This document shows positions 53,568 to 64,000 of a stretch of 64,000 nucleotides of DNA, piece after piece; position 1 is the stretch's first letter; each line of letters opens with the position of its first letter. Position numbers and translations under genes: made by a program. A model generated the notes under the pieces. The model was not told the DNA's origin. It worked only from the letters and a program-made list of their open reading frames with translations, and did not search any database. The stretch is from NCBI GenBank assembly GCA_002269645.1, contig NIVC01000598.1, forward strand, positions 186,001 to 250,000. Reading direction: 5' to 3'. This DNA comes from Macrostomum lignano (lineage: Eukaryota).

Positions 53568-56026
53568 CTACTTGGGCAGGGAGGCGCAGCCGGTGCACAG
53601 CAGAGCGTCACCCTCGGTGAGGAAGCCCCTGCCAACCAGGCTGTCGGAGCAGCGGCTGCAGGTGAAGCAGTCCGAGTGCCAGTCGCGGTCCTCAAAGGAG
53701 ACGAACTTGGCGCCAGTGAAGCCGGTGATTGGCTGGCAGCAGCGGCAGCACTTGCGGGCGAACAGCTGGCCGAAGCAGTCGGCGCAGTAGGGCCGCTCCT
53801 GCTGCGAGGTGAACTTCAGGCCGGCCAGCGGCTTGGCGCAGTGGCCGCACACCAGGCAGTCGGAGTGGTACGCCTGGCCCTTGTAGGTGACGCCGCCCTT
53901 GCGGATGACCTGCCGGCACTCGCGGCAGCGCTGGGCAAAGCGGCCCTCGTAGCACGGGACGCAGCAGGCGTTGTCGCCGTGCGGGATGAAGCTGTCGCAG
54001 CCGATGCCGCAGCCGCACTCGGAGCACAGGAAGCACTGCTCGTGGTACTGCTGGCTGCGCCACTCCAGCTTGCGGCTGCCGGCTTTGAACACCTGCGGGT
54101 GGGTGCGGTTTGAGCAGTGCGTTGAGAGTGCTGGGCAACTGGAAGCTGCAGGATGATGATAGAATGAGCGGGATGATGATAGAATGAGCGGGATGATGAT
54201 AGAATGAGCGGGATGATGATAGAATGAGCGGGATGATGATAGAATGAGCGGGATGATGATAGAATGAGCGGGATGATGATAGAATGAGCGGGATGGTGAC
54301 AGAATGAGCGCGGGATGGTGACAGAATGAGGGGGATGGTGATAGAATGAGCGGGATGATGACAGAACGAGCGCGGGATGATGATAGAATGAGCGGGATGA
54401 TGACAGAATGAGCGCGGGATGGTGACAGAACGAGCGGGATGGTGATAAAATGAGCGGCATGGTGACAGAATGAGCGGGATGATGACAGAATGATCGGGAT
54501 GATGATAAAATGAGCGGGATGATGATAGAATGAGCGGGATGATGACAGAATGAGCGGGATGATGATAAAATGAGCGGGATGATGATAGAATGAGCGGGAT
54601 GATGATAGAATGAGCGGGATGATGACAGAATGAGCGGCATGGTGACAGAATGAGCGGGATGGTGATAGAATGAGCGGAATGGTGATAGAATGAGCGGGAT
54701 GATGACAGAATGAGCGGGATGATGATAAAATGAGCGGGATGATGATAGAATAAGCGGGATGATGATAGAATGAGCGGGATGATGACAGAATGAGCGGCAT
54801 GGTGACAGAATGAGCGGGATGGTGATAGAATGAGCGGAATGGTGATAGAATGAGCGGGATGATGACAGAATGAGCGGGATGGTGACAGAATGAGCGGGAT
54901 GGTGATAGAATGAGCGGGATGATGACAGAATGAGCGGGATGGTGACAGAATGAGCGGGATGGTGATAGAATGAGCGGGATGATGACAGAATGAGCGGGAT
55001 GGTGACAGAATGAGCGGGATGGTGATAGAATGAGCGGGATGATGACAGAATGAGCGGGATGATGATAGAATGAGCGGGATGGTGACAGAATGAGCGGGAT
55101 GATGACAGAATGAGCGGCATGGTGACAGAATGAGCGGGATGGTGATAGAATGAGCGGAATGGTGATAGAATGAGCGGGATGATGACAGAATGAGCGGGAT
55201 GGTGACAGAATGAGCGGGATGGTGATAGAATGAGCGGGATGATGACAGAATGAGCGGGATGGTGACAGAATGAGCGGGATGGTGATAGAATGAGCGGGAT
55301 GATGACAGAATGAGCGGGATGGTGACAGAATGAGCGGGATGGTGATAGAATGAGCGGGATGATGACAGAATGAGCGGGATGATGATAGAATGAGCGGGAT
55401 GGTGACAGAATGAGCGGGATGATGACAGAATGAGCGGGATGATGATAAAATGAGCGGGATGATGATAGAATGAGCGGGATGGTGATAGAATGAGCGGGAT
55501 GATGACAGAATGAGCGGGATGGTGATAGAATGAGCGGGATGGTGACAGAATGAGCGGGATGATGACAGAATGAGCGGGATGATGATAAAATGAGCGGGAT
55601 GATGATAGAATGAGCGGGATGATGATAGAATGAGCGGGATGATGACAGAATGAGCGGGATGATGATAGCTCATAAAACAGCTACCTGATAGCAGCGGCAG
55701 CACCTGGCCGCGAAGCGCTCGTCATGGCAGGAGGTGCAATAGACGTCCCCCTCCTTGGCCAGGAAAGGCTGAGAGGCGAGCGAGCAGCCGCAGGCGGAGC
55801 AGCGGAAGCAGGCCTCGTGCCAGTGCCGGCCGCCGTGGCCGAGGTCGGTCATCTCGCAGCCGATGCGGGCGCCGCACTTGGCGCACTCGTTGGCCAGGCG
55901 GGACTCGAAGCAGTCGGTGCAGGCGGCCGCGTCCTCGGTGACCACGTAGCGGCAGCCGGCGAGCTGGCGGCCGCACAGGGAACAGGCGACCTGGTGCGGG
56001 AGGCTCGCGTGCACAGCTTCCGACAT
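53568..56026 (-). CDS. FHL2: Four-and-a-half LIM domains protein (FHL2/Limpet-like), 288 aa. Exons 56026-55685, 54092-53568
   Basis: A half-LIM (CSLCGRQLAGCRYVV..ACTDCFE) is followed by four LIMs. The C-terminus GAKFVSFEDRDWHSDCFTCSRCSDSLVGRGFLTE is near-identical to FHL2 as recalled. The phase-0 intron runs gtagct...cccgcag. A probable non-coding upstream exon has its donor near 56255. Confidence 0.95.
54150..55668. repeat. 20-bp minisatellite GATG(A/G)TGA(T/C)AGAATGAGCGG, ~75 copies, filling the FHL intron
   Basis: Direct inspection. Confidence 0.97.
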
Positions 56027-56619
56027 TGATGAGGCTGAAAGGGCGACAGACAATTTGCTGTAGGTGCTATCAGACTTGCAATCGCATTGATGACAGACAG
56101 GCAAAACCGAGAACAAAAGAAACATGCAGAAGAAGAACTCAAAGCACGGCAGAAGCGCCGGTGTTAATTTGCTCACAAGTGCTCACTTATTATCGCAGCC
56201 CCCACCATCCGTTGAAACTGTTCTCAAGCGCCGGCCAAACCAGGGCGTGACTCACCGGGCACTCCCAGTTCAAAAGCGGAGTGTTAATAGATGAAGCAGA
56301 GAGACTGAGAGGATCCGTGGGAATCTGCGAGTTTCACTCCAGTCGAAAAAAATTGCTAAACAAGCAGAATTCAACAAAGACAGAGAAAGTGAAATCTGCA
56401 GAGAGAGAAGTTTGAGCAGGAAAATAAAGCAGAGACTCAAGAGGGGGGGGGTCAGCCAGCTTTACCAAGGCCGGGGCCAATCCAATTTGTGCACTTAATT
56501 GCATTAACCAGTTTGGCCACTTTTGCGCCCTGCAGAATAAAATGAATTAATCTCTGCAATACTAGAACTAATTAATTATATTGCCCACTTTGCACCAGGC
56601 TAGGCCCTAAGGCGGGATT

Positions 56620-57443
56620 TCTAGGGAGAGTGGACTGGAAGCGAGCCAATGCGACAATGCACATCTCCACCGTTTAGATAGTGGTCCATGACTAGGGATA
56701 GTGGACTGGAAGCGAGCCAATGCGACAATGCACATCTCCACCGTTTAGATAGTGGTCCATGACTAGGGATAGTGGACTGGAAGCGAGCCAATGCGACAAT
56801 GCACATCTCCACCGTTTAGATAGTGGTCCATGACTAGGGATAGTGGACTGGAAGCGAGCCAATGCGACAATGCACATCTCCACCGTTTAGATAGTGGTCC
56901 ATGACTAGGGATAGTGGACTGGAAGCGAGCCAATGCTACAATGCCATCCCACCGTTTAGATAGTGGTCCATGACTAGGGATAGTGGACTGGAAGCGAGCC
57001 AATGCGACAATGCCCATCTCCACCGTTTAGATAGTGGTCCATGACTAGGGATAGTGGACTGGAAGCGAGCCAATGCGACAATGCCCATCTCCACCGTTTA
57101 GATAGTGGTCCATGACTAGGGATAGTGGACTGGAAGCGAGCCAATGCTACAATGCCCATCCCCACCGTTTAGATAGTGGTCCATGACTAGGGATAGTGGA
57201 CTGGAAGCGAGCCAATGCGACAATGCCCGTCTCTACCGTTTAGAAAGTGGTCCATGACTAGGGAGAGTGGACTGGAAGCGAGCCAATGCGACAATGCCGA
57301 TCTCCACCGTTTAGATAGTGGTCCATGACTAGGGAGAGTGGACTGGAAGCGAGCCAATGCGACAATGCCCGTCTCTACCGTTTAGAAAGTGGTCCATGAC
57401 TAGGGAGAATGGACTGGAAGCGAGCCAACGCGACAATGCACAT
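56620..57443. repeat. 71-bp minisatellite, ~11.5 copies
   Basis: Identical ORFs offset by 71 nt (56621, 56692, 56763). Confidence 0.97.
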
Positions 57444-58194
57444 AGTAAAGCAATATGAAATTAATAAAATAAGAGTCAACAGACTCTGAGCGCCAGCATG
57501 AGTAGCTTGAACGCAATTGTAAATATTTCCTATTATAATTATAATTGTTATTTTAATTAATTATTCAATTAGAATTTATATACAATAATATAAAGTGTTA
57601 ATTGGCAATGTTTGAAATTCATTTGCAATGCAGATTATTTTGAATAGAACTAGCAAGAATTCCTGTTAAATTATGATTATGATTGAGCAGGGAAGCGGTG
57701 ACATAAACTAAGCAGATCTGGGCACGCGTGGAATATTTTTATAGAGCTAGGCATTAGAAATTAAATTAATGTTTGTTGTTGTATAAGATTAATAAAACGA
57801 GTGCATTAGTACAAGTTTCACATAATAAGCATGGGTATTAGCTTCTGAAACATGTACGCATAATTGGACTTAGAAAAATGATGAAGTTACGCATGGGACG
57901 AGAAGCTGGGATGCAACAACAGCAAGCAACAACAATAAGGCATTAAATATACACTTAGCAATCACGTGCACTGTAAATAGAGGCCGCCTGGGGCTGTGTG
58001 ACACCAGGGGGATTATGCAGCCTAATGCAGCTAGGCGAATCGGGAACCCAGCTGCCTGTCAGTCTGCACTGGAGCAGAGAAATTACACAATGGCAGCGGC
58101 ACAGAGCCGTAAAAACCGCTTGCAGAACACATACACCTCGGATAAGTGTCTAAAAGACTACGAATAGACACCCAGATACTGTAGATGGTGCACA

Positions 58195-58632
58195 GGCAGG
58201 GTGGGGGAGAGTGGACAGGCAGGGTGAGGGAGAGTGGACAGGCAGGGTGGGGAGAGTGGACAGGCAGGGTGAGGGAGAGTGGACAGGCAGGGTGGGGAGA
58301 GTGGACAGGCAGGGTGGGGGAGAGTGGACAGGCAGGGTGAGGGAGAGTGGACAGGCAGGGTGAGGGAGAGTGGACAGGCAGGGTGGGGAGAGTGGACAGG
58401 CAGGGTGAGGGAGAGTGGACAGGCAGGGTGGGGGAGAGTGGACAGGCAGGGTGAGGGAGAGTGGACAGGCAGGGTGGGGGAGAGTGGACAGGCAGGGTGG
58501 GGGAGAGTGGACAGGCAGGGTGAGGGAGAGTGGACAGGCAGGGTGGGGGAGAGTGGACAGGCAGGGTGGGGGAGAGTGGACAGGCAGGGTGAGGGAGAGT
58601 GGACAGGCAGGGTGGGGGAGAGTGGACAGGTG
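58195..58632. repeat. 20-21-bp minisatellite AGAGTGGACAGGCAGGGTG(A/G)GGG
   Basis: Direct inspection; lies just 3' of the EZH stop codon. Confidence 0.94.
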
Positions 58633-58717
58633 AGAGCAGGACAGAAGCAGAAGAGGGCCAAAGCAAATTTAAAAAAGCGGAGAGCGGCTGCGCCAGCCGG
58701 ACAGTCGCGGCAAAATT

Positions 58718-61700
58718 TTAATTCGCGGCCTCCGGCGTGGCAGCCGAAGCGGCGACCGCGGCCGGAGCGGCGGTGGCGGCCGAGGCAGCGGCGGCAGCGG
58801 CCGCAGCCTGGCGCTCCCGCTCGATGCCGACGTACTTGAGCTGCTCCATGGGACCGTAGCGATAGTCGAAGAACAGCTCCTCGCCAGGCGCAATGGGCCG
58901 ATTGGCGAAGATGCCGATCCGATGGTCGCCGTTGACCATGAGCACCTTGGCTGAGCAGTTCGGGCTCACCGAGTGATTGGCGAACCGGATCTTATTGCCT
59001 TTGCGCGTGGCGTCCACCACGAAGTCCTGGTTGAGGTTGAACAGGAAGGAGCTCATGTACTTGTCGTACACCTTGCCGCGACGGTCGGCCTCGTCCTGGG
59101 TGATCACCTCGCCGCAGTACTCGTAGATGAAGTCGCCCCGTTCGGCCGAGTCGCGGAGGAAAATTCCCCAGCCAGCCACGTCGCTAGGCGCCATCAGCAG
59201 GTGCTTGCGGAGGCCGCGCTGCAGCGCCACGTTGCGGCAGTTGCCGCTCGGCGCGTCGGCGCCGCAGGTGCAGCAAAGGTCGGGGTCGCACTCCCGCACG
59301 GCCAGCACGCAGGGGCACTGCTTGGTGTTGCACTGAGACTTGCAGCGGCAGCCGGCGAACCGGTTCGGGCAGGCCGACGAGCACTGGCAGAATTTCTCGC
59401 AGAAATTGCCCGCCACCCGGCAGCTGCACTGGTCGTCGCAACGGCGCCCGGGATGGTCGCACGGGTGGTAATAGTGCGACTGGCTCACCTGGGCGGCGCA
59501 AGGGGGCTCAGGGCTTAGCGGGTTAGGGTTTCGGTGTGCCGCCACCCCCAGCAGAATATGCTGTCAGGCACACCACTTCCGCCTAACCCTAGTTGACTCA
59601 CTTCCGCCTAACCCTAGTTGACTCACTTCCGCCTAACCCTAGTTGACTCACTTCCACCTAACCCTAGTTGACTCACTTCCGCCTAACCCTAGTTGACTCA
59701 CTTCCGCCTAACCCTAGTTGACTCACTTCCGCCTAACCCTAGTTGACTCACTTCCGCCTAACCCTAGTTGACTCACTTCCGCTCAATCGCAGTTGACTCA
59801 CTTCCGCTCAACTGCAATGGACTCACTTTCGTTTAAGCTTAGTTGACTCATTTTCGCCCAACCCCAGTTGACCCATTTCCGCTCAACCTGAGTTGATCCT
59901 GCTTCCACCCATTCTCAGCCGACTCACTTTCTTAGACATTCTAGCAAAAAAACCTCCGATTCCTCACCTGCTGCCCTGGGGCGCGCCGACCGCCGTTAAC
60001 GCCGGCCTTCTTGCGCACTTTGCGCTTCTTGCGCGGCGGCGACAGCTCGGTCCGCTCCTCGGCGCTAAGGTTGGCCTCGCGACGGATGAAGCTGGCCATC
60101 TGGGCGCAGGATTTGTCGGGCAGGACGCGGGCGATGCGGCAGCTGTTAAAATGGCACTGGAAGACGCGGACCAGCGTCATGTCGGCCGGCGTCCACTGCG
60201 TCTCGGGGACCGCGTCGCCAGACACCTGCACGGAGTTTCGCAGTTGGTCCTCAGTTAGACGGGGATTTTTAATGGGGATAGTGGGGGATTCCCAGTGAGA
60301 CTTGGGGGATTCTCAATGAGACTGGAGGGGGATTCCCAATGAGACTGGGAGATTCCCAATGAGACTGGGTGATTCCCAATGAGACTGGGTGATTCCCAAT
60401 GAGACTGGGGGATTCCCAATGAGACTGGGGGATTCCCAACGAGACTGGGGGGGTATTCCCAATGAGACTGGGGGATTCCCAACGAGACTGGGGGGGTATT
60501 CCCAATGAGACTGGGGGATTCCCAACGAGACTGGGTGATTCCCAATGAGACTGGGTGATTCTCAATGAGATTGGGTGATTTCAAATGAGACTGGGGATTC
60601 CCTATGAGACTGGAGGGGATTCCCAATGAGACTGGAGGGGATTCCCAATGAGACTGAGGGACTCCAAGACCAAAATCAGACTAGAGGGGATTCCAGTGAG
60701 ACTGGGGGATTCAAGGTGACACTGGGGGATTCCTAATAAGACTGGGGGGTTCCTAATAAGACTGGGGGATTCCCAATGAGACTGGGGGACAGGGATACAA
60801 TGAAGTTAGAGGGGATTCCCGTTGAGGCTAGAAGGGATTTCCCGGAGGCAGGGGATGCGAGCTATATAGAGAACTACTTTAGTAGATTTCGGCAGGAAAG
60901 AGAAAAATCACTTGAAGGCGGTTATTCACCTGACAGCAGGAGTCTCCGCACGGAGCAGCGGACCCGGAAGCTTCCACAACAGCCTGCCGCACTCGGTACA
61001 TGCTCTCCGTGGACTTGAACGGATGCTGCTGGCAGTCGTACTTGAAGCAGCGCCGGCAGAACAGGGTGTGGAAACTATTGAGACAGTCGTCGCGGCTGAG
61101 GCTCTGCGGCTGCTTGTCGATGTTGGGCGTAGCGTAGCTGCAGGCCGCCTCCACGGCGCGGTCTTCCAGCTCCACGTAGCGGACCATCAGTTTGCCGTAG
61201 TCTTCGGCCCGGCCAAATGCGGCGGCGACCGCCTGGAACAGCCAGTCGGGGACGTGGCAGCCGTTTGAGCTGCTGCTGTTGCTGCTGGCCGTGCCGCAGC
61301 TGCCTGGCGCCTCGGATTTCTCTGGCTGCTGCTGCTGCTGCTGCTGCGGCTTCTCTGAGGGATCTGCGCTGTCCCGCGGCTCGGCCTTGATAAGTTAGCA
61401 AGGGCGCATTGGTGATGCTTGGTGATAGGATCATTTTGGTATGCCAGAAGGCCACATTTGAAGCAGCTGAAGGGAGCAACATAGGGGGATTTTAGCTCGT
61501 AAGACCGGATGTCAGAGCAGCAAAAAGGTTCTAAGGGCAGATGCCAGAGAAGCAAAGGAAGATTCGAAAGGCGAATTTCTGAGCAGTCCAGGAAATTCCT
61601 GTACTCAGACAGTTATAGAGAAGATACAAAAAAATCAAAAGCCTCGAGCATACCTCAGCCTCCAGCGCTCGCGAGTCCAACAGGGCTTTGATCAGCGGCA

Positions 61701-62857
61701 CCAGCAGCTCCTCCTCCAGGTCGAAGGGAAAGTTGCCGTGCACTCGGCCCTCGTAGTTGCGAATGAGCTCGTCAAGGAATTTGGCGTCGTGCTCGCCCTC
61801 GCCCATGTAGGGAATATTCTGCAGCTCGACTTCGTCTTCAGCGGCAAAGTTCTGCTGCAACGGCGCCCAGCAGACGGCGCTGGGCAGGGCGGGCGCGGAG
61901 GGCAGCATCAGCAGGCCGGCCAGGCAGGGCCGCTTGGAGCTGCCGAAGCGGACCTCGAAGCTGCCGAACGGCGTCTCCCGGTGCTGCTGCACCACCGGCG
62001 AGGGCAGGTAGGCGGGGATGCGCACCGGGTCGCAGTCGAACAGGCGGCAGTTGTAGCGGGACATCGCCGTCTGCCGGTGCCGCTCGAGGTCGCGCAGGCC
62101 GGCGTCAAGCAGGCGCGAATTCTCTGCCAGGATGGCGCGCACCGAGTCGCGCTTGGCGTCCAGGTGGCGCTGCTTCTGGCCGCGGTATTCGGCGAGCACG
62201 GCCGCCACGCGCCACTTTGGCACCTGCGGTGGGATGGGGATTGGAGGGTGATTCTGAGATGGGGATTGGAGGCAGATTCTGAGATGGGGATTGGAGGCCG
62301 ATTCTGAGATGGGGATTGGAGGCAGATTCTGAGATGGGGATTGGAGGCAGATTCTGAGATGGGGATTGGAGGCAGATTCTGAGATGGGGATTGGAGGCAG
62401 ATTCTGAGATGGGGATTGGAGGCAGATTCTGAGATGGGGATTGGAGGCAGATTCTGAGATGGGGATTGGAGGCAGATTCTGAGATGGGGATTGGAGGCAG
62501 ATTCTGGGATGGGGATTGGAGGCAGATTCTGGGATGGGGATTGGAGGCCGATTCTGAGATGGGGATTGGAGGCAGATTCTGGGATGGGGATTTAGCCTCG
62601 CTTCAGCTCCATCTCACCTGGATACCCGGAGCAGCGCTGCTTGGCCGGCCGCCAGCTGTGACTGTGGAATCCTCCGCGGCAGCCGTCACTGTCGCTTCAG
62701 CCTCCACAGTTTCCATCGCCTCCTCTGTCGTTGGAGGCGCCGAGGCAGCAGCCGCCGCCGCCGGTGACATCGGCCGCAATAAGGAAGCGGATGCTGAGGA
62801 TGAAGGCGACGATGACGGCGATCGCCGCTGCTGACCGGCTGCTGCTGACGAGGACTG
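58718..62857 (-). CDS. EZH2: Enhancer of zeste (EZH1/2) H3K27 methyltransferase, PRC2 catalytic subunit. Exons ~62857 (first in-frame ATG 62770)-62618, 62223-61654, 61385-60930, 60225-59968, 59488-58718
   Basis: [45 protein letters not shown], a SANT-like segment, the CXC domain ([41 protein letters not shown]) and an intact SET domain ([39 protein letters not shown]). All four introns are phase 0, GT-AG. The N-terminal start is uncertain. Confidence 0.96.
59574..59890. repeat. 25-bp minisatellite CACTTCCGCCTAACCCTAGTTGACT in EZH intron 4
   Basis: About 8 near-perfect plus ~5 degenerate copies. Confidence 0.94.
60290..60790. repeat. ~19-21-bp repeat GATTCCCAATGAGACTGGG(G) in EZH intron 3
   Basis: Direct inspection. 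Confidence 0.9.
62232..62592. repeat. 25-bp minisatellite GATGGGGATTGGAGGCAGATTCTGA filling EZH intron 1
   Basis: About 14 copies. Confidence 0.95.
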
Positions 62858-63711
62858 CTGCAAGGCATTGTTTTCAGCTTAACGGTAACGCATAAACACT
62901 GGAACACTGTCCTATGCATTAATGTATGTACCGCTCTACCTGTCTATCTATCTTGTCATTCGGTGGCTGTCGTGTGATAATTCACAACTATCTACAGAAT
63001 AAGAAACAAAACATTATATAGTAAAGCCAGACGCAGAGTTCGAACAGAGAGGATGACAGCAAGGACAGAGCAGCTACTCATCAGTAGTATATAATTGCAT
63101 TCGATAATTGGGCACGGCTTCCATGGCTGGAGATAGGAAAGGGCCGCATTAAAACAAAGATTCGCAGTCCAACAGGAACAGCTGCAATCGAGGCTGTCAG
63201 TACGCTCGTAAATGTTAAAGTAAAACAGCAATCAATTTAGAATTTAAAAAATGAGTTGCTAACGTGAGGAGTGAATTTTTTTAATTTAGAACATTTTCGT
63301 ACCGACTGCTGCTTGACTAAAAATGCTGCGCACGGACACTACAAGTATAGAAGCATAGCAACTATTTATTTTTATTATTATTAACAGGTACGAGGCGACG
63401 GGGGATGGGCGACAACATAGCGAGCAAACATTAATAAAAAAAGAACGCTTAATGACAGTTTTGACTGCATGGCAATGCTTCGGGTATTCACTGGGTGTAG
63501 ATCTCAGGCCAAAGCCTGTAGCTCCGTGCATAGCGCCACAACTGCGACCCGGCATGTGATGCTACTAGCGGCTAGTAGTATATAAGCCGGGGCGCCAACG
63601 CACATCGGAGATTTGCGTTAGCGGGAACTGCCGCTGCGGGACCTGCAAAGAAAAGGTTCGAGAGAAAATTGTCGCAATCAAATTGGATTATGCACTACTC
63701 ATAACAGACAG

Positions 63712-64000
63712 CCACTCCACAACCACTCAGCAGCCACCCCACAACCACTCAGCAGCCACCCCACACCCACTCAGCAGCCACCCCACAACCACTCAGCAGC
63801 CACCCCACAACCACTCAGCAGCCACCCCACAACCACTCAGCAGCCACCCCACAACCACTCAGCAGCCACCCCACACCCACTCAGCAGCCACCCCACAACC
63901 ACTCAGCAGCCACCCCACACCCACTCAGCAGCCACCCCACAACCACTCAGCAGCCACCCCACACCCACTCAGCAGCCACTCCACAACCACTCAGCAGCCA
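63712..64000. repeat. 22-bp minisatellite CCACAACCACTCAGCAGCCACC (runs off the window end)
   Basis: Direct inspection. Confidence 0.94.

Noticed and set aside
53568-55703. 711-aa ORF apparently fusing a His/Ile/Ser repeat to LIM domains
   Set aside because: Reads through the satellite-filled intron and starts out of frame with FHL exon 1. Canonical splicing gives a normal FHL.
56027-56330. Longer PET-LIM (Limpet/Testin-type) N-terminal extension of FHL
   Set aside because: The candidate upstream exon (donor ~56255) has an in-frame stop shortly upstream, so it looks like 5' UTR. A more distant coding exon cannot be excluded.
59520-59780. Interstitial telomere
   Set aside because: Only one TTAGGG-register hexamer per 25-bp unit, not a tandem (TTAGGG)n tract. 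Kept only as part of the array finding.
63562-63586. Hairpin CTACTAG-CGG-CTAGTAG followed by TATATAAG (Helitron end or TATA box)
   Set aside because: A 7-bp stem alone is weak, and there is no matching element end or downstream gene in the window.
63565-63644. Strong minus-strand acceptor ttttctttgcag at 63643, possibly the last exon of an upstream gene
   Set aside because: All three frames stop within ~26 codons and show no recognisable homology. It cannot be supported without sequence beyond the window.

Overview
This is animal genomic DNA, not prokaryotic. It has GC-rich exons full of poly-Q/A/G tracts, GT-AG introns, and roughly 40 different micro/minisatellite arrays filling introns and intergenic spaces. 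That style is most like the free-living flatworm Macrostomum lignano (inference, not verified). I reconstructed the genes by hand, checking splice phases. In order: (1) a CBARP/BARP-like single-pass regulator of Ca-channel beta subunits (+, 2633-9646); (2) an intronless DEG/ENaC channel with unusual pore motifs (+, 13280-15202); (3) a 105-aa orphan single-pass membrane ORF (+, 20663-20980); (4) FoxF in 4 exons (+, 31642-40990); (5) an N-myristoylated, NCS-like EF-hand protein in 5 exons (-, 44508-41706); (6) a frameshifted peptide-type rhodopsin GPCR (-, 47387-46178); (7) a divergent, probably ATPase-impaired actin-like protein (+, 49396-50988); (8) a Cys-rich orphan membrane protein (+, 51368-52033); (9) FHL/Limpet (-, 56026-53568); (10) Enhancer of zeste/EZH in 5 exons (-, ~62860-58718). 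I found no rRNA, tRNA, CRISPR array or transposase/RT ORF. The most interesting signals are the invertebrate BARP-like gene, the altered DEG/ENaC and actin motifs, the GPCR frameshift, a 5'/3' compositional polarity of intronic minisatellites, and a 25-bp intronic array that multimerises an ETS/AP-1 composite plus a telomere-like hexamer. Repeat boundaries are approximate (+/- ~20 nt). All protein alignments are to sequences recalled from memory.
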